From NCBI GenBank assembly GCA_964490935.1, contig CAZBEO010000002.1:12804-76803 (forward strand): 64,000 nucleotides of DNA. Direction: 5' to 3'. Shown one piece after another: positions 38,285-49,393 of this stretch. Source of the DNA: an uncultured Verrucomicrobiota bacterium (GTDB lineage Bacteria; Verrucomicrobiota; Kiritimatiellia; RZYC01). The translations under genes were made by a program, and so were the position numbers. A model generated the notes under the pieces. That model did not search any database and was not told the origin of the DNA. It worked only from the letters and a program-made list of their open reading frames with translations. Each line of letters starts with the position of its first letter. Positions within the stretch are counted from its first letter, which is position 1.

Positions 38285-39726
38285 AAGAAAAAATTATTTC
38301 CAGCAAAGGCATCTACAGCACCTTCCCACGCAAAGGAGGCTCCGCGCCCACCGCCACGCACTACTGTCCCGGATGCGGTCACGGCATTATCCATAAACTG
38401 ATCGGCGAGGCGATGGTGGACCTTGGCATTCAGGAACGCTGCGTGGCCATCAGCCCCGTAGGATGCGCCGTCTTCGCCTACTACTATTTCGACTGCGGCA
38501 ACATTCAGGTGGCACACGGGCGCGCACCCGCCGTTGGAACCGGCATCTCGCGCGCGCGAAACGCCGCCGTCGTCCTCTCCTATCAGGGCGATGGCGACCT
38601 CGCATCCATCGGGCTGAATGAAACGCTTCAGGCCGCCAATCGGGGCGAAAAAATGGCGGTCTTTTTTGTGAACAACACCGTCTACGGCATGACTGGCGGC
38701 CAGATGGCGCCCACCACACTGATCGGCGAAAAAACCAGCACCTGCCCAGAAGGACGCGACCCACGGCAGGCCGGATACCCGCTCCATTTGTGCGAACTGA
38801 TCAGCACCCTACGCGCCCCCGTATTCGTCGAGCGCGTTTCCGTATCCGACATCAAACATATCCGCAAGGCCCGCCAGGCCATCCGCAAGGCTCTCGAAAT
38901 TCAGCGCGACGCCAAGGGCTATGCCTTTGTGGAAATCCTCTCGAATTGTCCCACCAATCTGAAGCAGGACGCCCTCTCCAGTGCCGATTTCATCAACGAC
39001 CAAATGGAAAAGGAATTTCCGCTGGGAAACTATAGAGACCAAACCGGCTCCACCGAGCCCCTTCAACGCGAAGACAGCCAATTTAATAAAAGCGCCATCG
39101 ACCATCTCTTCGATCTCGAAAATAATACGGCGGAAACCGCGCTCGACCGACCGGACTTCTCCCCCGTGCAAATCAAAGTGGCCGGGTTCGGTGGGCAGGG
39201 TGTGCTGAGTCTCGGTATCCTGCTTACGCAGGCTGCCTGCCACGATCGCTATTTCACCTCCTGGTATCCCTCTTACGGCCCCGAACAGCGCGGTGGCACC
39301 TCGAACTGCAGCGTGGTGATCAGTGGAACACCCGTTGGCTCCCCAGTGATCTCTCATCCCGACGTACTAATCGCCATGAACCGCCCGTCCCTCGAACGGT
39401 TCGCCGAGTCGGTCCGCCCGGGCGGCCTCATTCTGTATGACTCGGTCATGGGCGACTTCTCCGCGCCCAAGTCCGTCCGTGTCCTACCCGTTCCCGCCGG
39501 GCAACTGGCCACGGATAACGGCGCGCCCATGGCCGCCAACACCATCATGTTCGGCGTGCTTGCCGCACTGAACATCACCGGCCTTTCCATCGAAGGATTC
39601 CACGCAGCACTCGATCAATCCTTCGCCAAAAAACCAAAACTGATCCCGATCAACCGAAATATCATGGAACAGGGAACCGCCTGGGCGAAGTCCAACGCCC
39701 TCTCCACCCCATCAAATCAATCGTGA
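38281..39726 (+). CDS. vorA: 2-oxoacid:ferredoxin oxidoreductase fused beta-gamma subunit (VorA-like)
   Basis: [34 protein letters not shown] motifs, then AGFGGQG and [11 protein letters not shown] of the gamma subunit. Confidence 0.85.
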   Translation: MKEKIISSKGIYSTFPRKGGSAPTATHYCPGCGHGIIHKLIGEAMVDLGIQERCVAISPVGCAVFAYYYFDCGNIQVAHGRAPAVGTGISRARNAAVVLSYQGDGDLASIGLNETLQAANRGEKMAVFFVNNTVYGMTGGQMAPTTLIGEKTSTCPEGRDPRQAGYPLHLCELISTLRAPVFVERVSVSDIKHIRKARQAIRKALEIQRDAKGYAFVEILSNCPTNLKQDALSSADFINDQMEKEFPLGNYRDQTGSTEPLQREDSQFNKSAIDHLFDLENNTAETALDRPDFSPVQIKVAGFGGQGVLSLGILLTQAACHDRYFTSWYPSYGPEQRGGTSNCSVVISGTPVGSPVISHPDVLIAMNRPSLERFAESVRPGGLILYDSVMGDFSAPKSVRVLPVPAGQLATDNGAPMAANTIMFGVLAALNITGLSIEGFHAALDQSFAKKPKLIPINRNIMEQGTAWAKSNALSTPSNQS

Positions 39727-39735
39727 GGACCGGCA

Positions 39736-40317
39736 ATGATAAAAAAACAAAATGACCTCGGCGAAAAACTCAAACTTATTCGCGAGCAATACAAGCTCAC
39801 GGTAGAGCAACTCGCCGAACGCAGCCACTGCAGCGCCGCGTTAATTGAAAAACTCGAAGCAGGCGCCCTCATCCCCTCACTCACCCCGCTCCTCAAAATC
39901 GCACGCGGGCTCGGGGTACGTCTCGGTACGTTCCTCGATGACTCGCCTCACGCCGGACCCTCCCTCGTACGCCAGGGCCAGGCCGATCAGGTGCTCCGCT
40001 TCTCCGGCAACTCCGATGCCGAAAAAACAAGCGTCCTAGATTTTCACTCGCTCGCCGCCGGGAAAAGCGACCGTCACATGGAACCTTTTCTCATCGAAGT
40101 TCACCCACCCCAATCAGACAACGCCAAACTTTCTGGTCACGAGGGCGAAGAATTTCTCTATGTCCTCAAAGGTGGGATTGAAATTCTTTACGGCAAAGAA
40201 GTGTACCAGTTGGACGCGGGCGACAGCATCTACTACGACTCCGTTGTGCCGCACTCCGTACACGCCATGAATAACCAGGATGCCACCATCTTGGCCGTTG
40301 TCTATTCCCCAGCCTGA
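39736..40317 (+). CDS. XRE-family HTH regulator with a cupin domain
   Basis: LKLIREQ...LEAG HTH; [19 protein letters not shown]. Confidence 0.93.
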   Translation: MIKKQNDLGEKLKLIREQYKLTVEQLAERSHCSAALIEKLEAGALIPSLTPLLKIARGLGVRLGTFLDDSPHAGPSLVRQGQADQVLRFSGNSDAEKTSVLDFHSLAAGKSDRHMEPFLIEVHPPQSDNAKLSGHEGEEFLYVLKGGIEILYGKEVYQLDAGDSIYYDSVVPHSVHAMNNQDATILAVVYSPA

Positions 40318-40345
40318 TGCCGGACACCCCTACGGAGATCATTCC

Positions 40346-42022
40346 ATGAAGTACGACGCCCTCTTTACCGATAAAACCATCGGCGATTTCCTGGAAGCCG
40401 AAACGCAGGCCCACCCCGACCGCGACTTCCTTGTCTATCCCGATCGCAATCTCCGCTGGTCTTATTCTTTGTTCAATCAGCGCGTGAATGAACTCGCCAA
40501 TGGCCTGATGGAAATAGGCCTCGGACCCGGCGATCACATCGGCATCTGGGCCAAAAACGTGCCCGACTGGCTCACCTTCTTCTTTGCCGCCACCAAAATC
40601 GGTGCCGTCCTCATCACCATCAACACCCTTTATAAAAAACACGAGATCGCCTATGTCCTGAAACAGTCCGACATGAAAATGCTCGCCCTGATCGACCGTT
40701 TTCAGGACTCGGATTATCTGGGCATCATGTATGAGCTTCTCCCCGAACTGCGCCACACCGCACGCGGTCATCTGCACTCGAAGGACTTTCCGCATCTGCA
40801 ACAGATTCTCTATGTCGGGCAGGAAAAACACCACGGCATGTACAATGTCAATGAACTCCTTCTCTTGGGACAACATGCCGATAGGTCCCGACTGCATGAA
40901 GGCATGAGAAGCCTGCGCTGCGACGACGTGGTCAACATGCAATACACCTCCGGCACCACCGGGTTCCCCAAGGGCGTCATGCTCACCCATCGCAATATTC
41001 TCAACAACGGCTATTACATCGGCGAGCGACAGAAATTCACCGGTGAAGACCGACTCTGCCTGCCCGTCCCACTATTTCACTGCTTCGGCATCGTGCTGGG
41101 CGTCATGGCCATTCTCTCGCATGGCGCCACCGTGGTTCCGCTCGAACAATTCGATCCGCTCATGGCCCTCGCCGCCATCCAAAAGGAACGCTGCACCGCC
41201 ATCTACGGCGTACCCACCATGTTCATCGCCGAAATGAATCATCCCATGTTTGATCTTTTCGAGCTGACCTCCCTGCGCACCGGCATCATGGCGGGATCGC
41301 CCTGCCCCATCGAGGCCATGAAAAACGTCATGACCAAAATGCACTGCACCGGCGTCACCATCGCCTACGGACTCACCGAGGCCTCCCCTGTCTTCACCCA
41401 GACCAGCACCGATGATCCCCCGGAAATAAAATCCTCCACCGTCGGCAAGGCACTCCCCTTCATCGACGTCAAAATCATCGACCCGGAAACCGGAAAAACC
41501 GTCGGTTGCAATCAGCCCGGAGAAATCTGTTGCCGAGGCTACAACGTGATGAAAGGCTACTACAACCTGCCCGAAGAAACCGCCCGCGCCCTCGATGCCG
41601 ATGGCTGGCTGCACAGCGGCGACATCGCCGAAGTCGATGAAACCGGCTACTACAAAATCACCGGACGAATCAAAGACATGATCATCCGTGGCGGCGAAAA
41701 CATCTACCCGCGTGAAGTCGAAGAATTTCTCTACACGCTGCCCGAAATCAGAGACGTACAGGTCGTCGGAATACCCGATGCCAAATACGGAGAAATCGTC
41801 GGCGCCTTCATCATTCTCAAAGAAGGTGCCGACCTTACGGCAGAAGACGTCCAATTCGCCTGCCGCAGCAGCATGGCCCGCTACAAGACCCCCAAACACG
41901 TCTTCTTCGTGAAGAGCTATCCGCAAACCGCCAGCGGAAAAATTCAGAAATTCAAACTGCGCGAGCAGGCCCGCGAACTACTCGGCATCCCTCAGACGTT
42001 GGATACAGACCTGCCCTGTTGA
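40346..42022 (+). CDS. AMP-binding acyl-CoA synthetase
   Basis: [43 protein letters not shown]. Confidence 0.93.
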   Translation: MKYDALFTDKTIGDFLEAETQAHPDRDFLVYPDRNLRWSYSLFNQRVNELANGLMEIGLGPGDHIGIWAKNVPDWLTFFFAATKIGAVLITINTLYKKHEIAYVLKQSDMKMLALIDRFQDSDYLGIMYELLPELRHTARGHLHSKDFPHLQQILYVGQEKHHGMYNVNELLLLGQHADRSRLHEGMRSLRCDDVVNMQYTSGTTGFPKGVMLTHRNILNNGYYIGERQKFTGEDRLCLPVPLFHCFGIVLGVMAILSHGATVVPLEQFDPLMALAAIQKERCTAIYGVPTMFIAEMNHPMFDLFELTSLRTGIMAGSPCPIEAMKNVMTKMHCTGVTIAYGLTEASPVFTQTSTDDPPEIKSSTVGKALPFIDVKIIDPETGKTVGCNQPGEICCRGYNVMKGYYNLPEETARALDADGWLHSGDIAEVDETGYYKITGRIKDMIIRGGENIYPREVEEFLYTLPEIRDVQVVGIPDAKYGEIVGAFIILKEGADLTAEDVQFACRSSMARYKTPKHVFFVKSYPQTASGKIQKFKLREQARELLGIPQTLDTDLPC

Positions 42023-42041
42023 CAAGGTAACCCGACGTCCA

Positions 42042-42230
42042 CGGCTCAGCCGGAGGCATTCGCCCTACCTAATGAGTAGCCGTCCGCTCGCCGAGCGGAC
42101 GGAGGTAAGGCGAACCGTCGCGGTGAGCCGTCTCGGGGTAATGCGAAACGACAGAGTGAACCGACATTCTCGGCTCCGCCGGAGACATTCGCCCTAATGA
42201 GTAGCCGCCCGCTCGCCGAGCGGACGGAGG
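42042..42230. repeat. BIME-like mosaic of GTAG-tagged REP palindromes
   Basis: Direct repeats 42042-42105 and 42171-42230, each with GTAG-CCGYCCGCTC-GCC-GAGCGGACGG; between them TAAGGCGAACCGTCGCGGTGAGCCG, inversely related to CGGCTCAGCCGGAGGCATTCGCCCTAC. Confidence 0.8.
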
Positions 42231-42284
42231 AAACACAGAATGCACCGAATCGCTCAGCTTGCATTCCCTTCTATTCTGCCTCAA

Positions 42285-42348
42285 CACAACAGCGTACCCG
42301 CTGTGGTTGACTAACAGGATGGAGGGCCAAAGCCCGACAGCCTGTTAG
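42285..42348 (+). repeat. 97-bp family element (partial copy)
   Basis: CACAACAGCGTACCCGCTGTGGTTGACTAACAGGATGGAGGGCCAAAGCCCGACAGCCTGTTAG; contains the response regulator stop. Confidence 0.85.
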
Positions 42349-42989
42349 CGATGTTCGTCCACCCAAAGAACCGCCTGCTGCATGAGTTGAGAGGCGGTAT
42401 CGGTGTTGAGTTTCTTTTTGATTCTCACCCGATGCGCCTCAATGGTCTTCACGCTCAACTCCAGGCGGTCGGCAATCTGCTGCGTGGAAAGCCCCTGTCC
42501 GATCAGTTCAAATACCTGCAACTCGCGGTCGCTCAGCGTTTCCACGCCGGAAAGTTCTTTCTGCCCACCAATGTACTGCTGAAGCATGCGCGACTGAACC
42601 TCGCGGCTCACAAAAAGCTCTCCCTTCAAGACCGTGCGGAGGCCATCCAGCACCGCTTCATCGGCCTGTTCTTTCATGATGTAGCCATTGGCACCGGCGC
42701 GCAGCGCCCGCTCGGCATACAGAGCCTCGTCGTGCATGGAGAGCACCAGAACCGGAAAGGCCCAGCTCCGCTCGCGTATGGCCTTGATCAAATCGAGGCC
42801 GCTTCCGCCCTTCAGCGAAAGATCAATCACCGCCACGTCCGGCAACCGCTCTGTCATGGCAGCCAGCGCCTCGGCCTCATCACCTGCACCGCCGACAACC
42901 TCCAAATCCTCTTCCTGATCGATAATCAGACCTAGTCCCTGACGTACGATCGAATGATCATCCACAATAAAAACCGTTGCCTTCTTCAT
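42345..42989 (-). CDS. NarL/FixJ family response regulator (REC-LuxR HTH)
   Basis: IVDDH, VIDLSL, LSMH, GYIMK, LSDRELQVF, KTIEAHR. Confidence 0.95.
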   Translation of the reverse strand: MKKATVFIVDDHSIVRQGLGLIIDQEEDLEVVGGAGDEAEALAAMTERLPDVAVIDLSLKGGSGLDLIKAIRERSWAFPVLVLSMHDEALYAERALRAGANGYIMKEQADEAVLDGLRTVLKGELFVSREVQSRMLQQYIGGQKELSGVETLSDRELQVFELIGQGLSTQQIADRLELSVKTIEAHRVRIKKKLNTDTASQLMQQAVLWVDEHR

Positions 42990-44770
42990 GCCCAGCCTTC
43001 TTCCTGTTTCCTGTTCGGTTCCACATCATCCAGTGTGCAAACCACCATGACGCCTCCGTCCGGAAGCGACTCCACCGACAGTTGTCCACCCGCCGTTTCC
43101 GCCCGATACTGCATAATCTTCAAGCCGAGTCCCTGTCCGGCCTGCCGGTCTTCTTCACTCGGCAGGCCCGAGCCGTCATCACTGATCTTCAGTAGTCGCG
43201 TGCCCAGCTCCACCCGTATATTTTTTGCGCCTGCATGGCGCACGGCATTGTTCAGCGCTTCCTGGGCGATATGATAAAGATTCACCACCTGATCGTTGTT
43301 CAGGCCTTCGAGACGACCCCACCATTCAAAAGCGCAGGATATGCCGGAGGAAGATTGTATTTCCGCTGTGAGTTTTTCGAGTGCTTCAGGCAGCGCTTCC
43401 ACATCCAATTCGACGGGTGTGAGGCCGTGCGCCATGCGCCGCGTGGCCACGCGTGCCTCTTTGAGCAGCTCGACAATCTGTCGCGCCTGCCCGGCCACTT
43501 CTTCCTGCTTCGTTTGGTCCAGACGCTTGGCCAACGCGCTGGTGAGGAGGCCGATTCCGGTCAACTGCTGGCCGAGGGAATCGTGCAAATCCCGTCCAAC
43601 CCGCTTTTTTTCCTGGGTGCTGATGTCGATAATCTGTCGCTGCAATTCGTGACGTTGTCTGATTTCCCGCTCGAGTTCCCGGTTAGCCTGTTCCAATTCG
43701 CCGGTACGCTCCGCCACGAGACGACGTATGCGTGCGGTGCGTCCGGCCAGTTGCGCGATTTGTCCGGCCACCACCAGCGTGAGCAGCAATCCACCCGCGA
43801 GATAGATCCAAGGCATACGCGTTTTCCGTTGTTCGATAAACGCCCGCGACGCCCGGCAAACCACCGTCCAGTCCAGTCCGTTGATCTGCAGCGCCCGCTC
43901 CACCCGCAGCGAGCCGGTTGACTCCACGCCTTTCGATTCGGGCAGATAAAGGCGGATGGCGTCTTGTCCTTTCCCCTCGAAGACTTCCACGTCCAGCCCT
44001 TCCGGCGTGTGATTGCGCAAAATGCGATCGATCACTTCAGCGGGGTAGATCACCGCAAAGGCATAACCGAAGGCGTACCCTCCGCCCGCCCCGCCGTTGT
44101 GTAGGCCTGGCATCAAGCTCTGGATGGGTGAAAAAACGAGACGTCCCGTGCCCCGTCTTCCGCGCACGACACCGCCCGCACGCCCACGCCCCTGCTCAAC
44201 CGCCTCGATCATAGCGCGTGCATTCTCCGCATCCGAATGCAGATCGTAGCCAACTGGTATATCCTGAAACGCATTTGGCGCAAGATAGGAAACGGGGAAA
44301 TAGAGTTCCTGCTGACTGGCCGGAACCCAGCCGGCATCCTTCCATTCCACGAGACTGAAATCCGGACGTACCTGACGGCGCATCGCCGCCTCATAAGGCG
44401 CACGGTCTGGCCCGTCGATACGCGGAGCCAATCCGAAGACGCCCAGAATCCGTTGCTGATAGAGCATGCCCTTCTGAACGAATTCGTTGAATACATCCGC
44501 ACTGACATCCGGCGAAAGACTGTGCAGATGCCCCACGGATTCCAGCACATCGAAATACTGATTCAATTCGCGGCGTATGCTCACGATCACATTGTCCGAT
44601 TCCACTCGGAACGCGACGGCCAGCCCCGCCTCTTCACTGCGTTGCCTCGTGTTCCAGAGATAGAAACTCCCCGCGAGGCCGATCAAGGCAACAAACACGG
44701 CCAACCAGTAGCCGCCCCGGTACGCACCGGCTTTTTGTCCATCTGGATGTGGCTCGTTCTTGTTTTCCAT
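42986..44770 (-). CDS. CHASE-domain sensor histidine kinase (HisKA_3/NarX type)
   Basis: Two TM segments around a CHASE region, DLHDSLGQQL, QEALNNAVRHA, DDGSG, GLGLKIM. Confidence 0.9.
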   Translation of the reverse strand: MENKNEPHPDGQKAGAYRGGYWLAVFVALIGLAGSFYLWNTRQRSEEAGLAVAFRVESDNVIVSIRRELNQYFDVLESVGHLHSLSPDVSADVFNEFVQKGMLYQQRILGVFGLAPRIDGPDRAPYEAAMRRQVRPDFSLVEWKDAGWVPASQQELYFPVSYLAPNAFQDIPVGYDLHSDAENARAMIEAVEQGRGRAGGVVRGRRGTGRLVFSPIQSLMPGLHNGGAGGGYAFGYAFAVIYPAEVIDRILRNHTPEGLDVEVFEGKGQDAIRLYLPESKGVESTGSLRVERALQINGLDWTVVCRASRAFIEQRKTRMPWIYLAGGLLLTLVVAGQIAQLAGRTARIRRLVAERTGELEQANRELEREIRQRHELQRQIIDISTQEKKRVGRDLHDSLGQQLTGIGLLTSALAKRLDQTKQEEVAGQARQIVELLKEARVATRRMAHGLTPVELDVEALPEALEKLTAEIQSSSGISCAFEWWGRLEGLNNDQVVNLYHIAQEALNNAVRHAGAKNIRVELGTRLLKISDDGSGLPSEEDRQAGQGLGLKIMQYRAETAGGQLSVESLPDGGVMVVCTLDDVEPNRKQEEGWA

Positions 44771-44772
44771 CG

Positions 44773-46395
44773 TCAGACATTCCGCTGTGTTCGTATCATT
44801 CGTAAAAAGCGATCCAGCAACCCGGATTTTCCGAGCGGGCGTGGAGAGATTCCATTCGCATCCTTCATCCGTTCCAGTTCCGACTGGAGGTCCGCCGTCC
44901 GTTCGGCGGCCAACTCGGCAAGTCGTTCGGGTATTTCCGGCTTCATGCCAAGCAAGAAGGTGAAGGCGTCGGCATCCAGCTCGATTAATTCGCATTCCTC
45001 CACAACCCGCACGGTGGCGGTTCGAGGCAACCCGGTGAGCAAACTCATTTCGCCCAGCAGCGCACCCGGCTTGATTTCAAAGACATGGCGACTCGCTGTG
45101 CTGTCACGGCTTTCCACCTCACCGCTCAGCAAACCGCGCACCACAATGTAACAACGGTCGCCCTCTTCACGCTGATGAAACAACACCTCGCCCGTGGTAT
45201 AAAAGACGCGGCGCGCATGACAGGCCAACGCCACATACTCCTCACGGCCCAGCAGGCCGGCCCCATTCCCTCCGGTCAGCAGATCCCTGGAAAACCGGCT
45301 CCGCTCCAGATCATCCGCCATACGAAGAACCTCTTTTTCCTCCGGCGGTTCCCGACGCTGACGATATACCACGGCCATAAAATCATTCAGCAGCTTGTCG
45401 CTCATCGGGAAGGGAATTTCGATGCCCTGGCGCTTGAAGCGGTACCAAATCATTCGCCCCACTTCTCCATCCAATTCCTTGCGATCGTAATATCGCCGGG
45501 TCCAATAGCGCACCATATAATTGATGCCGAAATCTTTGTATTCCGTGATGAAGGCACGCGGCGCGGGTTCGTCCAACACATCGGGCACCGCCTTGGCCGC
45601 TTCAATCAATTCCCGAATCACGTCGCCCGGCGCATCGGAATAACTCGCACCCACCTCAAAGCGGTGCCGACGCAAGGTGTTCGGCCACGACATGTGATTC
45701 AGCACGGCCGAAGAAACGGTACTGTTCGGCACAATCATCACATGCCCGTCATGCGTCCTAAGCCGGGTTTCCCGCCAGTTTGTTTCAATCACTTCGCCTT
45801 CGATTTCCTGCACCCGAATCCAGTCGCCTGGCACCAGCGAACGCACCAGATGCAGCGACATCCCGCCGAGCAGATTGCCCAGCACCCCCTGCAAGGCAAA
45901 ACCGATGACCGCCGTAACCAGCGCCGTCGAGGCCAGCAGCGGTGCAATATCAACCCCCGCCACTTCCTTGAGCACCAGAAAAGCCGCCAGCAGCGCAATC
46001 ACCGTACGCACAATGGAAACAAGGAGAGATGGAACCGGAAACGCCTTTCCGCGAAACCAGAAAAAGGACACGCCGATTCCTTCCAACGCACGCATCCCCA
46101 GGATCACCCACCAAAAAGTCTGCCAAGCCTGGAAGTGCAGACGGCAATGCTCCATCCACGCGGCGCACGCCCCTGGAAGATGAGCGGCCAGCCAAGCCGC
46201 AGCGTAAGAAAAGACCAGCACCAAGGCTGGCAGCGACACCGGATACAAAAAACCCCGAAACCAAACTTTCTTCCGAACATTCGCAGAGAGCCGTTCGCCT
46301 GATTTCAAACGTATCCGACGCGAAATAAATAGTGCCAGCGAAACCAGCACAATCGCCAGCGCGCCCTCCACCAGATAAAACGTCATACTATTCAT
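44773..46395 (-). CDS. MscS-family channel with a C-terminal cyclic-nucleotide-binding domain
   Basis: GFALQGVLGN, PGDWI, NWRET, VPNS, PFP; CNBD with LFHQREEGD and GEMSLLTGLPRTATV. Confidence 0.92.
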   Translation of the reverse strand: MNSMTFYLVEGALAIVLVSLALFISRRIRLKSGERLSANVRKKVWFRGFLYPVSLPALVLVFSYAAAWLAAHLPGACAAWMEHCRLHFQAWQTFWWVILGMRALEGIGVSFFWFRGKAFPVPSLLVSIVRTVIALLAAFLVLKEVAGVDIAPLLASTALVTAVIGFALQGVLGNLLGGMSLHLVRSLVPGDWIRVQEIEGEVIETNWRETRLRTHDGHVMIVPNSTVSSAVLNHMSWPNTLRRHRFEVGASYSDAPGDVIRELIEAAKAVPDVLDEPAPRAFITEYKDFGINYMVRYWTRRYYDRKELDGEVGRMIWYRFKRQGIEIPFPMSDKLLNDFMAVVYRQRREPPEEKEVLRMADDLERSRFSRDLLTGGNGAGLLGREEYVALACHARRVFYTTGEVLFHQREEGDRCYIVVRGLLSGEVESRDSTASRHVFEIKPGALLGEMSLLTGLPRTATVRVVEECELIELDADAFTFLLGMKPEIPERLAELAAERTADLQSELERMKDANGISPRPLGKSGLLDRFLRMIRTQRNV

Positions 46396-47249
46396 CGCGT
46401 CACCTTCTCCGCTCCTTCATACCGTTCGCCCTGCCGACCCAACACCGCCCCCGTGCATTCCTTCTGCATCTGCCGTTCCAATTCGATCAGCGCGGCATCA
46501 TCCAATTCCGGGGCATGATGAATGATCACGAGCTGCTGAATGCCCGTCTCTTTCGCAATCGCCACCCCATCCTGCCAAGTGCTGTGTCCCCAGTTCACAT
46601 GCGCCGGATAATTCTCCGGCGTAAAATGTCCATCAAAGGCCATCCAGTTTACGGGATTCGGCGTATGGCACAAATGCAAAAAGGCCTCGCGCTCCTCCCT
46701 TGTGGAAAGCGACCACTCGATGTCGGTCGCGACGAGCAGGCTGTGCCCCGTCGCTGGCTCATCCACGCGGTACGCCACGCACCCGCCCGGATGATGCACC
46801 GGACACCAGCGAATCTCCAATCCGCCACACCTCAGCACGCCATCCCGAGAATACGCCCCCAACGCCTCGAACGTCAGTTCGCCACGTAACATTTCAATTT
46901 GTTGAGGCCAAAATGGGGCCGCCATGATTTGTGCGAAGACCTCCTTCACGTCCTGGCCGTTCAATGACGGCCCGACAATGCGCAGCGGAGCACCCGGACG
47001 GTATATCCTCGGAAACGCCGGAAATCCCGCAAGATGATCCAGATGATAATGTGTCATCAACGCCAGCATCGGTTTATCGGATTGGCTCAGGCGGGCGCGC
47101 ATGCCATTGAGACCCGATCCGAAATCGATCAGGACCTCTTCGCCACCGCATCCTTCAATATAGAAGCAGGTGGTATCGCCTCCGAACTCGCGAAAGGCCG
47201 GATTCGTTACCACCGCCGTACCACGCACGCCGCCCAATGTGATTTGCAT
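46392..47249 (-). CDS. MBL-fold metallo-hydrolase (putative cyclic nucleotide phosphodiesterase)
   Basis: LGGVRGT, FGGDTTC, DFGSG, THYHLDH, HHPGG, WGHS, HHAP. Confidence 0.85.
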   Translation of the reverse strand: MQITLGGVRGTAVVTNPAFREFGGDTTCFYIEGCGGEEVLIDFGSGLNGMRARLSQSDKPMLALMTHYHLDHLAGFPAFPRIYRPGAPLRIVGPSLNGQDVKEVFAQIMAAPFWPQQIEMLRGELTFEALGAYSRDGVLRCGGLEIRWCPVHHPGGCVAYRVDEPATGHSLLVATDIEWSLSTREEREAFLHLCHTPNPVNWMAFDGHFTPENYPAHVNWGHSTWQDGVAIAKETGIQQLVIIHHAPELDDAALIELERQMQKECTGAVLGRQGERYEGAEKVTR

Positions 47250-49376
47250 TTACTTCTCCGTCAGATTCCACACACCGTCCCAATCGGCACCGTTCAATGC
47301 CTCGCGGCAGCGCGCTAGGTACTTCGCGGCTAGCGGATCTTTTTCCAATGATTGGAACTTTTCCACCGCATTTTTCCAATCATTGGAAAAAACGAACCCG
47401 AGCCCTTCTTCGAAGGTCCGCACCCAGTCCGGGCGCTCGTTCGCATCCAGCGTCAGTAGTTCATACACGCTCACCGGGGACTTGCGCCCGACCACCCGGA
47501 TTTTTCCGATTTGCCGCGCACCGAGTTGCCCCTCCACCGCCGACCAAGTTTCACCGGAAACCATACTATACGTTCCGAAGGCTTTGTTCGCGCCCTCGAG
47601 GCGCGAGGCCAAGTTGGCCGCATCGCCCAGTACCGTATAATCGAAACGCTCTTTCGATCCCATATTGCCCACCACCACCTCGCCCGTATGCATACCGATC
47701 CGCGCGTAGAGTGGCGAGCCGTAGCGCTCCGCGAGATCATCGCGCAGCTCTTCGAGCCGCTTGGCGCAACGCAGCGCCGCGCGGCATCCACGCAGGGCGT
47801 GATCGTGCTGATCCATCGGCGCATTCCAAAAAGCGATAATGGCATCGCCCTCGTATTTATCCAGCGTGCCGCCCTCATCAAAAATAATATCGGTCATTTC
47901 CGAAAGATACTCATTCAGAAAGGAGGTCAGTTCCTGTGGGTTCATCCGTTCTGAAATCGTGGAAAATCCCTGGATGTCGGAAAAGAAAATCGTGAGCACC
48001 TTGCGCTCGCCGCCGAGCTTCAAGCGCCCCGGATCGTTGAGAATATTTTCAATCACATCACGACTCAAATAGTGCTGAAAGGCGCGCTTGATAAACTGTT
48101 TCTGTCGCCCCTCCGTAGCATAATTCACCAGCACCGCCGAGGTCAGCGCCAACAGCAGCGACAGCACCTGCACCACCAGCGGATACCAGAAACCCAGCGG
48201 ATAAAACAGCAACGCCACCCCCACGCCGGGAAGCAGAAACAACACGTAAAAAAGCGCACTGCGCCACGCCGACCGACTGAACAAGCCCGCGAGCGCCGCC
48301 AGCAGGGAAAGCAACAGCACCACCAACACCACTGCATGGCGCGGAACATCCCGCAGCGCATCCGCATCGAGCAGATTGTCGAGTAGCGTGGCGTGAATGA
48401 ACACACCCGGGGAAACGCGCGAAACCGGTGTGGCCCGCTGATCCATCAACCCCGGCGCGCTGAATCCAAACAGGACGTGACAATCCTTAAACACCTTTGG
48501 ATCCAGTTCAGCCTCCATCCCCGCCTGCAAATTCATTTCCGACAGAATCACCGCCGCCGCACGAATTCGCTCATAGGGATCATCCACTCCCCGGTAATGC
48601 AGCAGCACATCGCCATGGGCATCCAGCGGAACGCTCACCGGCCCGAGTTTCAGGCGTTGTGCCTCCAGGCTGGTTTCCCACGCATCCGGATGCGTGAGCA
48701 GATACGCCGCCACCCCGAGCGAAGGCACGTAGCGCCCGTCAAACCGATTCAGCGGAGAGGCGCGACGGAACACACCGTCGGAATCCGGCATATCGCGTAC
48801 ATTGCCCAACACTGCGGCGTTGGTGGCCACTTCGGGAATCGGAAACGTGGCTCGACTCTTGTTCAAACGTCGCTCCCGCCGGGGCGGAAGGTCCGACACC
48901 TGCACCTTCCAGTCTTGTTGCAAAATGTCCGTCGGCCAGGTCTCGCTCCCGCCCGAACGATCACCGAGAAACACCGCCGCCACCAAGTTGGTGGTGGTCC
49001 GCATCGCCTCTCCAAGCGCTTCGTCGTCGCTCACCGAATAGGCCGAAGGCTCGGTATAGAGTACGTCAAACGACACGCTTGCCGCGCCAGCCCGCTGCAT
49101 GAATTGAAGCAGTGGAACATACATCTCACGCGGCCAGGGCCACGACACGCTTAATTCTTTCGCCGCCCAATCCAGCGACGCCTGATCCAGCAGCACCAAT
49201 TTAATTTTCGCCGCCGACTCCGAGTTGCGCGCGAACAGTCGTACACGCCACGCCCAGGTCACATTCTCGACCGCATCCAGCGCCCCGAAAAACCAGAGCG
49301 ACAGACTGATCAGCGCCGCACCGCCTCCGCAGAGCACCCCGTACAGCCACTTTTTTTTGGTCTCTGCCTTCATCAT
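47250..49376 (-). CDS. CHASE2-domain class III adenylate cyclase
   Basis: FSDIQGFSTISE, DKYEGDAI, GMHTGEVVVGN, DYTVLGDAANLASRLE; CHASE2 with DGVFRR and PGVFIHA. Confidence 0.93.
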   Translation of the reverse strand: MMKAETKKKWLYGVLCGGGAALISLSLWFFGALDAVENVTWAWRVRLFARNSESAAKIKLVLLDQASLDWAAKELSVSWPWPREMYVPLLQFMQRAGAASVSFDVLYTEPSAYSVSDDEALGEAMRTTTNLVAAVFLGDRSGGSETWPTDILQQDWKVQVSDLPPRRERRLNKSRATFPIPEVATNAAVLGNVRDMPDSDGVFRRASPLNRFDGRYVPSLGVAAYLLTHPDAWETSLEAQRLKLGPVSVPLDAHGDVLLHYRGVDDPYERIRAAAVILSEMNLQAGMEAELDPKVFKDCHVLFGFSAPGLMDQRATPVSRVSPGVFIHATLLDNLLDADALRDVPRHAVVLVVLLLSLLAALAGLFSRSAWRSALFYVLFLLPGVGVALLFYPLGFWYPLVVQVLSLLLALTSAVLVNYATEGRQKQFIKRAFQHYLSRDVIENILNDPGRLKLGGERKVLTIFFSDIQGFSTISERMNPQELTSFLNEYLSEMTDIIFDEGGTLDKYEGDAIIAFWNAPMDQHDHALRGCRAALRCAKRLEELRDDLAERYGSPLYARIGMHTGEVVVGNMGSKERFDYTVLGDAANLASRLEGANKAFGTYSMVSGETWSAVEGQLGARQIGKIRVVGRKSPVSVYELLTLDANERPDWVRTFEEGLGFVFSNDWKNAVEKFQSLEKDPLAAKYLARCREALNGADWDGVWNLTEK
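47343..47388. repeat. Two TTCCAATNATTGGAA palindromes inside the cyclase 3' end
   Basis: 47343-47357 TTCCAATGATTGGAA and 47374-47388 TTCCAATCATTGGAA; encode FSNDWK and FQSLEK. Confidence 0.85.
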
Positions 49377-49393
49377 GGTGTTTCAATCGTGAT

